A DNA stretch of 64,000 nt from Acidobacteriota bacterium (GTDB lineage: Bacteria; Acidobacteriota; Terriglobia; Terriglobales; Acidobacteriaceae): the NCBI GenBank assembly GCA_021846945.1, contig JAJZVZ010000004.1, positions 218 through 64,217 on the forward strand, given 5' to 3'. Shown in pieces: positions 46,044-55,907 of the stretch. How positions within the stretch are numbered: the first letter of the stretch is position 1; the number at the start of each line of letters is the position of its first letter. The notes under the pieces were generated by a model. The model saw only the letters and a list, made by a program, of their open reading frames with translations, ran no database searches and was not told the origin of the DNA. The position numbers and the translations under genes are program-made.

Positions 46044-47699
46044 ATGCACACCAAAAAACTGAAGATCATTCCCCTTGGCGGACTGGGCGAGTTCGGCATG
46101 AACTGTCTGGCGCTGCGCTGGGAAGACGACATTATCGTTATCGACGCTGGACTCATGTTCCCGGAATCGGAGCTGCTGGGCGTGGATATCGTCGTGCCCG
46201 ACATTAGCTACCTGATTGAAAACAAACAGCATGTCCGCGCCATCATTCTCACTCACGGCCACGAGGACCACATCGGTGGCCTGCCCTGGATTCTTAACGA
46301 GCTGAAGGTTCCCGTTTACGCCACCGAATTCACGCTGGCTTACGTGGAAGGCAAGCTTGAAGAACACCAGATGCTCGACGAGACGGAGCTGATCGAGATC
46401 GCGCCCCGGGAGAAGTTCACCGTGGGGCCGTTTACCATCGAGCCGATCCGCGTAACGCACTCGCTGGTGGATTGCGTGGCCCTGGCCATCGACACGCCCG
46501 TTGGTGTCGTTATCCATACCGGTGACTTCAAGATCGATCTCTCTCCCCTCGACGGCAAGCCCTTTGACCTGCACACCTTCGCCGAATACGGCAAGCGCGG
46601 CGTGCTGGCGCTTTTGCAGGACTCGACGAACGTCGAGAGGCCCGGCTACACGCCCAGTGAATCGGCGGTACGGCCGCGGCTGGACGAAGTGTTTTCGCGG
46701 ACGGCAAAGAAGCTGTTTTTCAGTTGCTTTTCGTCGTCGATTTACCGCATCCGGATCGCGCTGGAACTGGCGCGGGCGCACGGGCGCAAGGTGGCCGTCG
46801 TGGGCCGCTCGATGATGGAGAGCACCGAGATCGCGCAGGATTTGGGCTACATCGACGTTCCGCCGGGGCTGATCATCAATCCCGGCCAGATGCGCGACTA
46901 TCCGCCTGAGCAGTTGATGGTGCTCATCAGCGGCACACAGGGCGAGCCCATGAGCGCGCTGAGCCGCGCAGCCGTGGATAACCACAAAAATGCGCGCATC
47001 GATGCCGGCGATACCGTGGTGCTTAGCTCCAGGGTTATCCCCGGCAACGAAAAGGCCATCTTCCGGGTCATCGACCACCTGAGCCGCCGTGAGGCCAACG
47101 TGATTTATGACGATGGTGCGCACGGGTTGATTCATGTGAGCGGTCACGGCAGCCAGGAGGAAATGCGGCTGCTCATTAACCTGGTACGGCCCAAGTACTT
47201 CATTCCCGTACACGGCGACTACCGCTACCTGCGCAAGCACGCCAAGGTGGCAATGGAGACCGGCGCCGTCGAGCACGCCATTGTGATTGAAGACGGCGAC
47301 GTGCTGGAAGTGGACAAACATGATGTCCGCAAGAAAGACAAAGTGACGGCGGGGCGCATTCTCATTGACTCTGGATCATCCATCGATGTTGTCGAGGACC
47401 TGGTGATCCGCGACCGGCGCATCCTGTCGGAGGACGGTATTGTGCTGGCGGTCGTAGGCATCAACAAGCGGACGGGCAAAGTGGAGCGTCCGCCGGAGGT
47501 AGTCATGCGCGGCTTTGGCGGCGCGGATATTACCGATGAGGCGCGCAAGGTGGTGCTTAAAACGCTCGACGGCCTGAGCGGCGAAGAGAAGAGCGACTAC
47601 GGCATGGTGAACGAGAAGGTGCGCGTTGAGCTGAAGCGGCTGATCCAGAAGAGCACGGGGCGCCGCCCTATGATTATGCCTGTCGTTCTCGAGATTTGA
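46044..47699 (+). CDS. rnj: Ribonuclease J
   Basis: KIIPLGGLGEFGMNC, metallo-beta-lactamase motif THGHEDHIGG, beta-CASP region and VSGHGSQEE. Confidence 0.9.
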   Translation: MHTKKLKIIPLGGLGEFGMNCLALRWEDDIIVIDAGLMFPESELLGVDIVVPDISYLIENKQHVRAIILTHGHEDHIGGLPWILNELKVPVYATEFTLAYVEGKLEEHQMLDETELIEIAPREKFTVGPFTIEPIRVTHSLVDCVALAIDTPVGVVIHTGDFKIDLSPLDGKPFDLHTFAEYGKRGVLALLQDSTNVERPGYTPSESAVRPRLDEVFSRTAKKLFFSCFSSSIYRIRIALELARAHGRKVAVVGRSMMESTEIAQDLGYIDVPPGLIINPGQMRDYPPEQLMVLISGTQGEPMSALSRAAVDNHKNARIDAGDTVVLSSRVIPGNEKAIFRVIDHLSRREANVIYDDGAHGLIHVSGHGSQEEMRLLINLVRPKYFIPVHGDYRYLRKHAKVAMETGAVEHAIVIEDGDVLEVDKHDVRKKDKVTAGRILIDSGSSIDVVEDLVIRDRRILSEDGIVLAVVGINKRTGKVERPPEVVMRGFGGADITDEARKVVLKTLDGLSGEEKSDYGMVNEKVRVELKRLIQKSTGRRPMIMPVVLEI

Positions 47700-47725
47700 G
47701 GGGGAAATGAGCGAGGCAAAATGCA

Positions 47726-47759
47726 AAGCGGCGGAGCTTGAATCGCTCCGCCGCTTTTC
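47726..47759 (+). terminator. Rho-independent terminator after rnj
   Basis: AAGCGGCGGAGC-ttgaatc-GCTCCGCCGCTT followed by TTTCT. Confidence 0.7.
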
Positions 47760-47837
47760 TGCAAAGGGATACCGTCTTGGTTGGTCTCATCGCTGCGTGT
47801 GGCTCTTCCTGCGACCTCACTCCAGCTTGCGCCGCAG

Positions 47838-48311
47838 CTAGGCTGCTCCGGCGATCGACTCCGAATCGGGGACGGAGCTCGAAACCGGCGGACGCCTGTA
47901 TATCGGGTGCGAACGCTTGCCGATGAAGACTTCATCCACGATCAGCCGGGCGTTGCCCTGCAGGTCGAGAAAGCAGGCGTTCATCTCTCTGCACAGAGCC
48001 TGGGCCTCTTCCGACAGGATTGGCGCGATCAGAACGGGCGTCGTATTTTCAGCACGCTGTGTCGTGTAGCTGCGCAACTCATCGAGCGCGCTGCGCACGG
48101 TGCAGGGCCGATCGCAGACCTTCACCTTGCATGCGAGTGTATGGCTATGACCCAGGACGTCGATTTCTGCCAGGAAGTCGACCTTATGGCCGGCGCCGGG
48201 CGATTGGACCTGAATATCCTTGAGCCTGATGGCGGACACATGCTGGAGGACCACCTTGAGTTCCTCAACTGCCCGGGCCCTGGAATCCTTTATTGAATGA
48301 TGCATTACCAT
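47838..48311 (-). CDS. Hypothetical protein (157 aa), alpha-beta-beta-beta-alpha-beta pattern; no family recognised
   Basis: Start set at ATG 48311 (MVMHHSIKDS..), preceded by AAGAGGA 8 nt upstream. Protein-like composition. Confidence 0.5.
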   Translation of the reverse strand: MVMHHSIKDSRARAVEELKVVLQHVSAIRLKDIQVQSPGAGHKVDFLAEIDVLGHSHTLACKVKVCDRPCTVRSALDELRSYTTQRAENTTPVLIAPILSEEAQALCREMNACFLDLQGNARLIVDEVFIGKRSHPIYRRPPVSSSVPDSESIAGAA

Positions 48312-48393
48312 TGCGAATTCCTCTTTCCGCGTCGTGAATGGCCGGGCACACAACCACCCGGGAGGGTTAACAAAAAGCGGCTCCGCTTCAAAA

Positions 48394-48828
48394 TCAGAAT
48401 GCGGCGGAACTAACCGCCGGGAGGTTTATGCGCGGAGCGGCGCTGCGGCGTTTTCTGCCATGCAACTCCACCTCGGCAACTGATTTCGGCAGGTTCACAA
48501 CCTTTGACGGCGCGCTCATAGAGACGGGTAGCAACCGGAAGGGCTGTATACGGAAAGCGTGCTTGCCTGACGGAACCATCGCCAAAGCGATCGGTGTGCG
48601 GCAGGGCCTCGCATGGAAATACCTGGACTCAAGCCAGGCAGTTAAACGGGGGTCGTGAATCTCCGGCCGATCCTCCCAGAAACCGGGATCCAACCCGCAC
48701 TGAATCCGCAGATGATCCAGTTGTAGCTCGACGGCGGGGATGTGTTTAGGGAAATAGCGCCGGACATTTCGCGCACCTACGTAAAGTCCGGTTACTTCGC
48801 GTCCCTCGCACTGGGCCTTCACTACCAT
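48394..48828 (-). CDS. Hypothetical protein (144 aa); no family recognised
   Basis: ATG 48828 is preceded by GGGAGGTGA with a 4-5 nt spacer. Protein-like composition. Confidence 0.55.
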   Translation of the reverse strand: MVVKAQCEGREVTGLYVGARNVRRYFPKHIPAVELQLDHLRIQCGLDPGFWEDRPEIHDPRLTAWLESRYFHARPCRTPIALAMVPSGKHAFRIQPFRLLPVSMSAPSKVVNLPKSVAEVELHGRKRRSAAPRINLPAVSSAAF

Positions 48829-49203
48829 AACTCACCTCCCATCCATCCCGTGCCGGATGGGATCAGTTTTTGGGAGCCCGCTGTTAGGAAGCCGCTTGCT
48901 GGTGGACAAGACTCTCAAAACTACCTTCCAACGCACCAGCCGGAACGCCAATCTGCAACGATCATGTGCCCATTCTGGGGAGCATGTCAAGCAGAGATCC
49001 CGCGAATCGATGACAAAAGTAAAAAAATTAACTCCGCTGTAAACCCGGCCGGTTCGTTGCGCGGAGAATTTGCGGAAAGCGAACTGCAACGGCGTGCTTC
49101 CGGGATATAAAATGATTAGCTCTTGCGGTCTGGCGGCCAACGGAGAAGGAGAAGTTGCCAAATGCCACCGTCAACTCGCACAATGCTGGCGAGGATAAAT
49201 TGA

Positions 49204-50139
49204 ATGCACCGAAGAGAATTTCTTGGCGCCGCAGCCGCGGCCATTCTTGCCGGAGGGTTGCGCCCAGCCGCGGCCCTTGCTGAATCAGCCTCCACGCAGC
49301 TCAAACCCATGGCGCTAGGCCTGATTATCTCGCCCTTCGGAGCTCCGGAAGAGCACATCCGCACTGTGCATGAATTGGGGCTGTCGAACTGCTTCCTCTC
49401 GCTTGACGGGTACATCGGGCATTTCACGCCGGACCTGGCGGCGCAATTCCGCGATCTGTTGGCCAAGTACGACGTGGTGCCTACAACCGTTGAGGTCGTC
49501 GGGCCGGGGCCGCTGGTCTGGAACTTTCTTGAGGGGCCGTCCACGATCGGGCTGGTTCCACCCAAGGCGCGCGCTGCGCATATGGATGCGCTGCGCCAGG
49601 CTTCGGACTTCGCCAAGCTGCTGGGCATCACTCAAGTGCAGACGCATTGCGGCTTTATCCCGGAAAACCCCGGCGATCCGCTCTATCCCGGAACGGTGGA
49701 GGCCATCCGCGCCGTGGCGCAGCACTGCCACGGCAATGGCCAGTACTTCCTTATGGAAACCGGGCAGGAGACACCCACCACCACGTCGCGCGTGATCCGC
49801 GACGTCGCCATGCCTAATCTGGCCGTCGGCCTCGACACCGCCAATCTGATTCTGTACGGAAAAGCTAATCCGGTGGACGCCGTCGATATCCTTGGACCCC
49901 ACGTGCGCAGCGTTCACGCCAAAGACGGACGCTGGCCCACCGACCCCGACAAGCTTGGCCAGGAGGTCCTGATCGGCACCGGCCTGGTCAATTTCCGCGA
50001 GGTCTTCACCAAGCTGCATCGCCTCGGCTATACGGGCGCCATTACCATTGAGCGCGAGATCTCCGGCCCGCAGCAGATCGCAGACGTCCGCAAGGAAAAG
50101 GCCTATCTGGAAGGGATCATGGGCGAGGTTCTGGCCTGA
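49204..50139 (+). CDS. Sugar phosphate isomerase/epimerase family (xylose-isomerase-like TIM barrel), Tat-exported
   Basis: Twin-arginine signal MHRREFLGAAAAAILAGG. ..LMETGQETP.., GLDTANLILYG and ITIEREI blocks of the AP_endonuc_2 fold. Confidence 0.85.
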   Translation: MHRREFLGAAAAAILAGGLRPAAALAESASTQLKPMALGLIISPFGAPEEHIRTVHELGLSNCFLSLDGYIGHFTPDLAAQFRDLLAKYDVVPTTVEVVGPGPLVWNFLEGPSTIGLVPPKARAAHMDALRQASDFAKLLGITQVQTHCGFIPENPGDPLYPGTVEAIRAVAQHCHGNGQYFLMETGQETPTTTSRVIRDVAMPNLAVGLDTANLILYGKANPVDAVDILGPHVRSVHAKDGRWPTDPDKLGQEVLIGTGLVNFREVFTKLHRLGYTGAITIEREISGPQQIADVRKEKAYLEGIMGEVLA

Positions 50140-50198
50140 CCCTGAAGGACTGCCGGGCAGAGTAGAAATATGGTATTCAACCGGGAAGCGAGGAAAAG

Positions 50199-51470
50199 AT
50201 GAAGCGTAGGGAGTTTTTGCAAGCCACGGCCGGAGCTGCTTCGGGAATGCTGCTTGTGAAACCGGGCTTGGCCTTTGGTTACCAGGCGAACTCGGCGGTG
50301 CGGCTGGGCCTGCTGGGCTGCGGATCGCGTGGCACACATGTCGCCACTTCGTTTTCGCAGAATACAACGGCGCAGGTGGTGGCGCTGGCTGACCTGTTTC
50401 CCGACCAGCTCAAGGCGGGTCATGAGCATTTCAATCAGGTGAATGCCGCTCTAGGCCGCGCGGCAATTGACAGCAAGTTGCTGTTTCGTGGGCCGCACGC
50501 CTTTGAACAACTGGCCGCCTCGCCGGATGTGGATCTGATCCAGATCTCCACGCCGCCTTTCTTCCATGTGCAGCACCTTGAGGCCGCGGTGGCCGCGGGC
50601 AAGCACGTCTACTGCGAAAAGCCGGTAGGTGTTGACGTGCGCCAGGCCCGCCAGGCGCTGGAGATCGCCAAGCGCGTGAAGCCGACGCAGAGCGTGGATA
50701 TCGGTTTCGAGTGCCGCAGCGCGCCGCCGATTGCCGCCATCGCGGAAAGGATCAAGGGCGGCGCTCTGGGGCAGATAGCCTCGATCACCTCCTACTACTT
50801 TGCGCCCGCATCCAAGGAGAAGGTGGTTCCCGGCGCCTCGGCAGACGAGTACCGGTTGCGCAACTGGCTCTGGTACCGCAACCTGTCCGGCGACATTCTG
50901 GTCGAGCAGAATATCCACATCATCGATCTGGCCAACTGGATGCTCGGCGCCCGGCCGCTCAAGGCGACGGCCACGGGCGGCCGCAATATCCTCAGGCATC
51001 CCGGCGACTGCTGGGATAACTACCAGGTGGACTTTACCTATCCCGGCGAGGTGCACGTCTCCTTCTCATCCACGCAATTCGGCGACTACGGCGTTTTTGA
51101 GGCCGGCCTGAGGCTGTTCGGCGCAGCCGGCTGCGCTACCGTTCCCTACGCGGGTCCGGTGCAGATTGTCGGATCGCAGGCGTGGGCATGGAAGGATTCG
51201 ATGGGTACGGCTGCCGGCTCCGGAAAATTCGCGGCCAACGGCGCGTTTGAGGACAACCTGGCCTTCGCCGACCGCGATAAGGATCGCACTTTCATCGATA
51301 GCATCGTCTCCGGACCGGCCCATAATCAGATCGCCGCCGGCGTCGAGCCGGCCCTGAGCTGCATGATGGGGCGCATGGCCGGCTATCAGGGGCGCGAAAT
51401 CACCTGGGAAGACCTGATGGCGCACGGAGAGAACTACGAGCTGGGCATGAATCTGGATCAGTTCGCCTGA
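50199..51470 (+). CDS. Gfo/Idh/MocA family oxidoreductase, Tat-exported
   Basis: Twin-arginine signal MKRREFLQATAGAASG. Rossmann block VRLGLLGCGSRG. HVYCEKP block. Confidence 0.85.
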   Translation: MKRREFLQATAGAASGMLLVKPGLAFGYQANSAVRLGLLGCGSRGTHVATSFSQNTTAQVVALADLFPDQLKAGHEHFNQVNAALGRAAIDSKLLFRGPHAFEQLAASPDVDLIQISTPPFFHVQHLEAAVAAGKHVYCEKPVGVDVRQARQALEIAKRVKPTQSVDIGFECRSAPPIAAIAERIKGGALGQIASITSYYFAPASKEKVVPGASADEYRLRNWLWYRNLSGDILVEQNIHIIDLANWMLGARPLKATATGGRNILRHPGDCWDNYQVDFTYPGEVHVSFSSTQFGDYGVFEAGLRLFGAAGCATVPYAGPVQIVGSQAWAWKDSMGTAAGSGKFAANGAFEDNLAFADRDKDRTFIDSIVSGPAHNQIAAGVEPALSCMMGRMAGYQGREITWEDLMAHGENYELGMNLDQFA

Positions 51471-51483
51471 GGACGGGAGCGGC

Positions 51484-52236
<753 letters not shown>

Positions 52237-52279
52237 CCGAATCTTTTCCAATCTTATCGCTGTTCTGGTTTCTTTACCG

Positions 52280-53668
52280 CTAAGACGAACCGCCGGCGGC
52301 CGAAATGATTAATTTGGCCTTATCCCGTTTTAGCAGAGCGCCATTCTTCAGATCGCGCAAAGTTTTATAGGGCCCGGTGACGACCTCCTCGCCCGCGGTG
52401 AGCCCGGAGAGCACTTCAATGTCGGTGGCGCCGGTGATTCCCGTCTTCACTGCAACGAACTTTGCCCGCAACCTGCCGTGCGGGTCTTTTTCCACCACAA
52501 AGACACCCTGAACGGGATTTGGTTTTGCCGGCGGGTCAGTGGACACAGTCGCGGCCTCCACGCCGCCTTTGCTCTTGGGAGCGTCGAGCGCAGGATCGTG
52601 CATGGTGAGCGCCTGGATGGGCAGGGAAAGAACGTTGTTCTTGTGCGCTGTGGTGATCTTGGCGGTGCAGGAGAGCCCGGGGCGCAGCTCCTTGGAGGGA
52701 GCGTCGAGCGTGACCACTACCTTGAAGTCTTTGGCTTCCTCAGTGCCGGTTGTGGACTGCGAGGTTGCGATGCCGGTGGAGCGGAGCAGCGCCTGATCGC
52801 CTACCAGCGTCACCTGGCCCTTGAAGACCTTGCCGGGGAGCGCATCCACGGTGACATCGGCCGGCTGACCCAGGGTGACATTGACAATGTCGGTCTCGTC
52901 GACTTTTACCTCAGCGGTGACAACACTCATATCGGCCAGCGTCATCAGGGTCGATCCTTCCGTGTTCTGGATGCCTTCGACCACCGTTTCGCCTTCGCGA
53001 ACAGGCTCATTGGTCACAATGCCGTCAAAGGGGGCGATGGCGATGGTGCGGTCAAGCATATCCTTGTTAGCCTGCAGCGTGGCCTCCTGGGTGCGCAGAT
53101 GTCCGCGCGCCGAATCGGTCTGGGCCTTGGCCTGATTCACGCCGGCGACGGCCTGGGCCACTGAAGCCACCGCCAGGTCGTATGCGGCCTTCTTGGCGTC
53201 ATAGTCCTGCTTGGCCAGGATGCCATCTTTATAGAGCGCCTGGGCGCGGCCCCAGTCCATCGTCTTCTGCTCCAGATCAGCCTTGGCATGCTCGAGATTG
53301 GCCTCGGTCGTCTTTTCCGCGGCGATATAGGAGGAGATGTCGGTCTTCGCGGCCGCAATGGCCGCTTCCTGGCCAGAGACGGTTGCCGACTGCTGCACAT
53401 TTTCAATGGTGGCTACGATCTGGCCCTTCTTGACCTTATCTCCTTCTTTAACATAAAGATGGGTGACCCGGCCCATGGCGGTCGCGCCCAGGTTTACGTA
53501 GGTCTTGGGCTTGATTTGCCCTGTGCCGCTCACGATTGTTGACAGATCCTGCTTCGCTAATCTGGCGGTCATCACCTTGGTGTAGCCCGACTGCTGCCGA
53601 ATGACCATGAACGTAACCAGGCCTGCAGCTACCAGGCCCCCCAAGACAATCAGGAGGATTTTTTTCAT
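52280..53668 (-). CDS. Efflux transporter periplasmic adaptor subunit (HlyD/MacA family)
   Basis: N-terminal TM anchor [18 protein letters not shown]. Lipoyl-like block [13 protein letters not shown]. Long coiled-coil. Beta-barrel domain. Confidence 0.85.
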   Translation of the reverse strand: MKKILLIVLGGLVAAGLVTFMVIRQQSGYTKVMTARLAKQDLSTIVSGTGQIKPKTYVNLGATAMGRVTHLYVKEGDKVKKGQIVATIENVQQSATVSGQEAAIAAAKTDISSYIAAEKTTEANLEHAKADLEQKTMDWGRAQALYKDGILAKQDYDAKKAAYDLAVASVAQAVAGVNQAKAQTDSARGHLRTQEATLQANKDMLDRTIAIAPFDGIVTNEPVREGETVVEGIQNTEGSTLMTLADMSVVTAEVKVDETDIVNVTLGQPADVTVDALPGKVFKGQVTLVGDQALLRSTGIATSQSTTGTEEAKDFKVVVTLDAPSKELRPGLSCTAKITTAHKNNVLSLPIQALTMHDPALDAPKSKGGVEAATVSTDPPAKPNPVQGVFVVEKDPHGRLRAKFVAVKTGITGATDIEVLSGLTAGEEVVTGPYKTLRDLKNGALLKRDKAKLIISAAGGSS

Positions 53669-54043
53669 TTCAGGTTCGTACCCCGGATTTCTTACCCTTC
53701 AGTGTACGCAATTCCCGCTCCTGCCGTTCCCCGAAGAACCAAAGTCTTGAATCGCGGATCGCCAGAAGATGAGAGACGAAGGGCAAAATCTCAAAAATAC
53801 GGCGAAGCGCCTGCTCCGCTCCTTTGCCGGTCCTTCGCGCAGGAGGCTTTTGTTTATTGGACGTTTGAAGAGGGGCTGGCGTCTCAAGGCCAATGCATCC
53901 AGTCAAATAGCAACCCTTGACGCGGTCGCTTCCGGTTGACCTTCGGCGGTTCAGCCCGTCTATTTTATAAAACAGCTTGTAAGGACTGTTGCCCAGCCCT
54001 ATTGGGACTCGTAAAATGAAGGGATCGCAGGAGTCTTAAGCTA

Positions 54044-55786
54044 ATGATGTACACCGGTCGCCGTTTTCTCCTCGCCGTAGTGAGTTGCGGCGTCACTTTC
54101 ACTCCCGTCCTTGGCTTTCAGGCCCATGCTCTCGGCCGCCAAGAGCCGGCGCAGCAGCAAGCCAGTGACAACACACAGACTCAGGATCAGAATCCTCTCA
54201 ACCGGCCGCTCTCCGATAAAGAAAGAATCAGGCAGCAGAAAGAGCTGCGGCAGGAGTTGAAGGGGCCGTACAAGACATGGCTGAACGAAGATGTGGCTTA
54301 TATTATCTCCGATCAGGAGCGCAAGGCTTTTCTGAGCCTCAGCAACGATGAGGAGCGGGATGCGTTTATCGAGCAGTTCTGGCGCAGGCGCAATCCCAAT
54401 CCTGACTCTCCTGATAACGAGGCCCGCGAAGAGCACTATCGCCGCATCGCCTACGCGAACGAGCACTACGCTGCCGGCAAGCCCGGATGGAAAACCGACC
54501 GCGGGCGCATTTACATCGAGTGGGGTGCGCCGGACTCGATCGATTCACATCCGTCGGGCGGCCTTTATGACCGGCCCTTTAATGAGGGCGGCGGCACCAC
54601 CACGACCTTTCCGTTTGAAGTCTGGCACTATCGCTATCTGCCCGGCATCGGTGAAAACATCAACATCGAATTCGTAGATAGCTGCCAATGCGGCGACTAC
54701 CACTTCACCCTCGATCGTACTGAGAAGGATGCGCTCAAGTACGTTCCGGGGGCCGGCCTGACTGAGTGGGAGCAGATGAACCACAAGGACAAGACCGATC
54801 GATTCCAGGGTGGGAACGGTGTTGAGGATATCGGTGGTGGTCCCATGGGGGATTACAACCAGGGCAAGGAGTTCGACCGCATCGAGCAGGCAGCCAAGCT
54901 GTTCGCTCCGCCGCCGGTAAAATTCAAGGATCTTGACGCCTTCATCTCCGAGCACAAAATCCTGACGGGTCCGGTGCTTCCATTCGATGTCCGTACCGAC
55001 TTCGTGAAGGTGACGGACAACATGGACATTGTCCCCGTGACTCTGCAGTTCAAAAACCGCGACATCACCTTTGTGACCAAGGACGGCGTCTCCAACGGCG
55101 TTCTGAATATCCTTGGCAGATTCACTACGCTCACGGGAAGGACCGTCCAGACCTTCGAGGATACGGTAGAGGTCCACGAGCCGGCCGAGCTGCTGCCAAA
55201 ATTGCTTGATCAGCAGTCGGTCTACTGGAAGGCATTGCCCTTGTCTCCCGGTCTGTACCGGCTCGACATCGCAGTCAAGGACGTCAACAATCCTGACCAC
55301 CTCGGTCTCTATGCCCGTGGCATCAACGTGCCGGTCTACCAGGATGAAAAGCTGGGAATCTCTTCTCTGATTCTGGCCGATAAGATGTATACCGTTCCCT
55401 CGCGGGACATTGGTGGTGGCAGCTTTGTGATCGGGAATACTTTCGTCCGGCCGCGCGTCAGTTCCTCCCCCACCGTGCCGGTGGTGTTCAAGCGCGATCA
55501 GCCGCTCAACTTCTGGATGCAGGTCTACAACCTGGGCATTGATCAGGCCACCAAGAGCAACCAGGCTACTGTGATCTACCAGATCACCAATGCGAAGACC
55601 GGCGAGGTGCTTTTTCAGAAGGAACTCCAGTCCAAGGATCTGGAGGCGCACAGCGACCAGTTAACTCTGGAGAAAACTTTGCCCATTGCGGGCCTTCAGC
55701 CAGGCAAATACAACGTCACGATCAAAGTAAATGACGAAATTTCAAAGCAACAGATTGCACAATCGGCGTCTTTTGTCGTCGAATAG
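54044..55786 (+). CDS. GWxTD domain-containing protein, exported
   Basis: The literal motif GKPGWKTDRGRIYIEWGAPDSI is preceded by ..ERDAFIEQFWRRRNP.., typical of the GWxTD domain. N-terminal signal peptide. Confidence 0.8.
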   Translation: MMYTGRRFLLAVVSCGVTFTPVLGFQAHALGRQEPAQQQASDNTQTQDQNPLNRPLSDKERIRQQKELRQELKGPYKTWLNEDVAYIISDQERKAFLSLSNDEERDAFIEQFWRRRNPNPDSPDNEAREEHYRRIAYANEHYAAGKPGWKTDRGRIYIEWGAPDSIDSHPSGGLYDRPFNEGGGTTTTFPFEVWHYRYLPGIGENINIEFVDSCQCGDYHFTLDRTEKDALKYVPGAGLTEWEQMNHKDKTDRFQGGNGVEDIGGGPMGDYNQGKEFDRIEQAAKLFAPPPVKFKDLDAFISEHKILTGPVLPFDVRTDFVKVTDNMDIVPVTLQFKNRDITFVTKDGVSNGVLNILGRFTTLTGRTVQTFEDTVEVHEPAELLPKLLDQQSVYWKALPLSPGLYRLDIAVKDVNNPDHLGLYARGINVPVYQDEKLGISSLILADKMYTVPSRDIGGGSFVIGNTFVRPRVSSSPTVPVVFKRDQPLNFWMQVYNLGIDQATKSNQATVIYQITNAKTGEVLFQKELQSKDLEAHSDQLTLEKTLPIAGLQPGKYNVTIKVNDEISKQQIAQSASFVVE

Positions 55787-55907
55787 GATGCATCGGGAAT
55801 TTTGTACCGCGCGGCAAGAGATAAACGGGCCTCAGAGTCTGTCACATGCGCGGGTTTGAATTGGCAAGTGGACTGCCGGGGACGCTAGCGGGTCACGCAC
55901 AACAGTG

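Noticed and set aside
45840-47321. A 493-aa minus-strand ORF opposite rnj. Similar long shadows lie at 2618-4009, 27247-28494, 44859-45827, 49315-50367, 54545-55651, 57823-59532, 60567-61502 and 62684-63811.
   Set aside because: Each lies antisense to a gene with clear family motifs and has low-complexity Arg/Gly/Ala/His-rich composition. None has a convincing RBS or motif.
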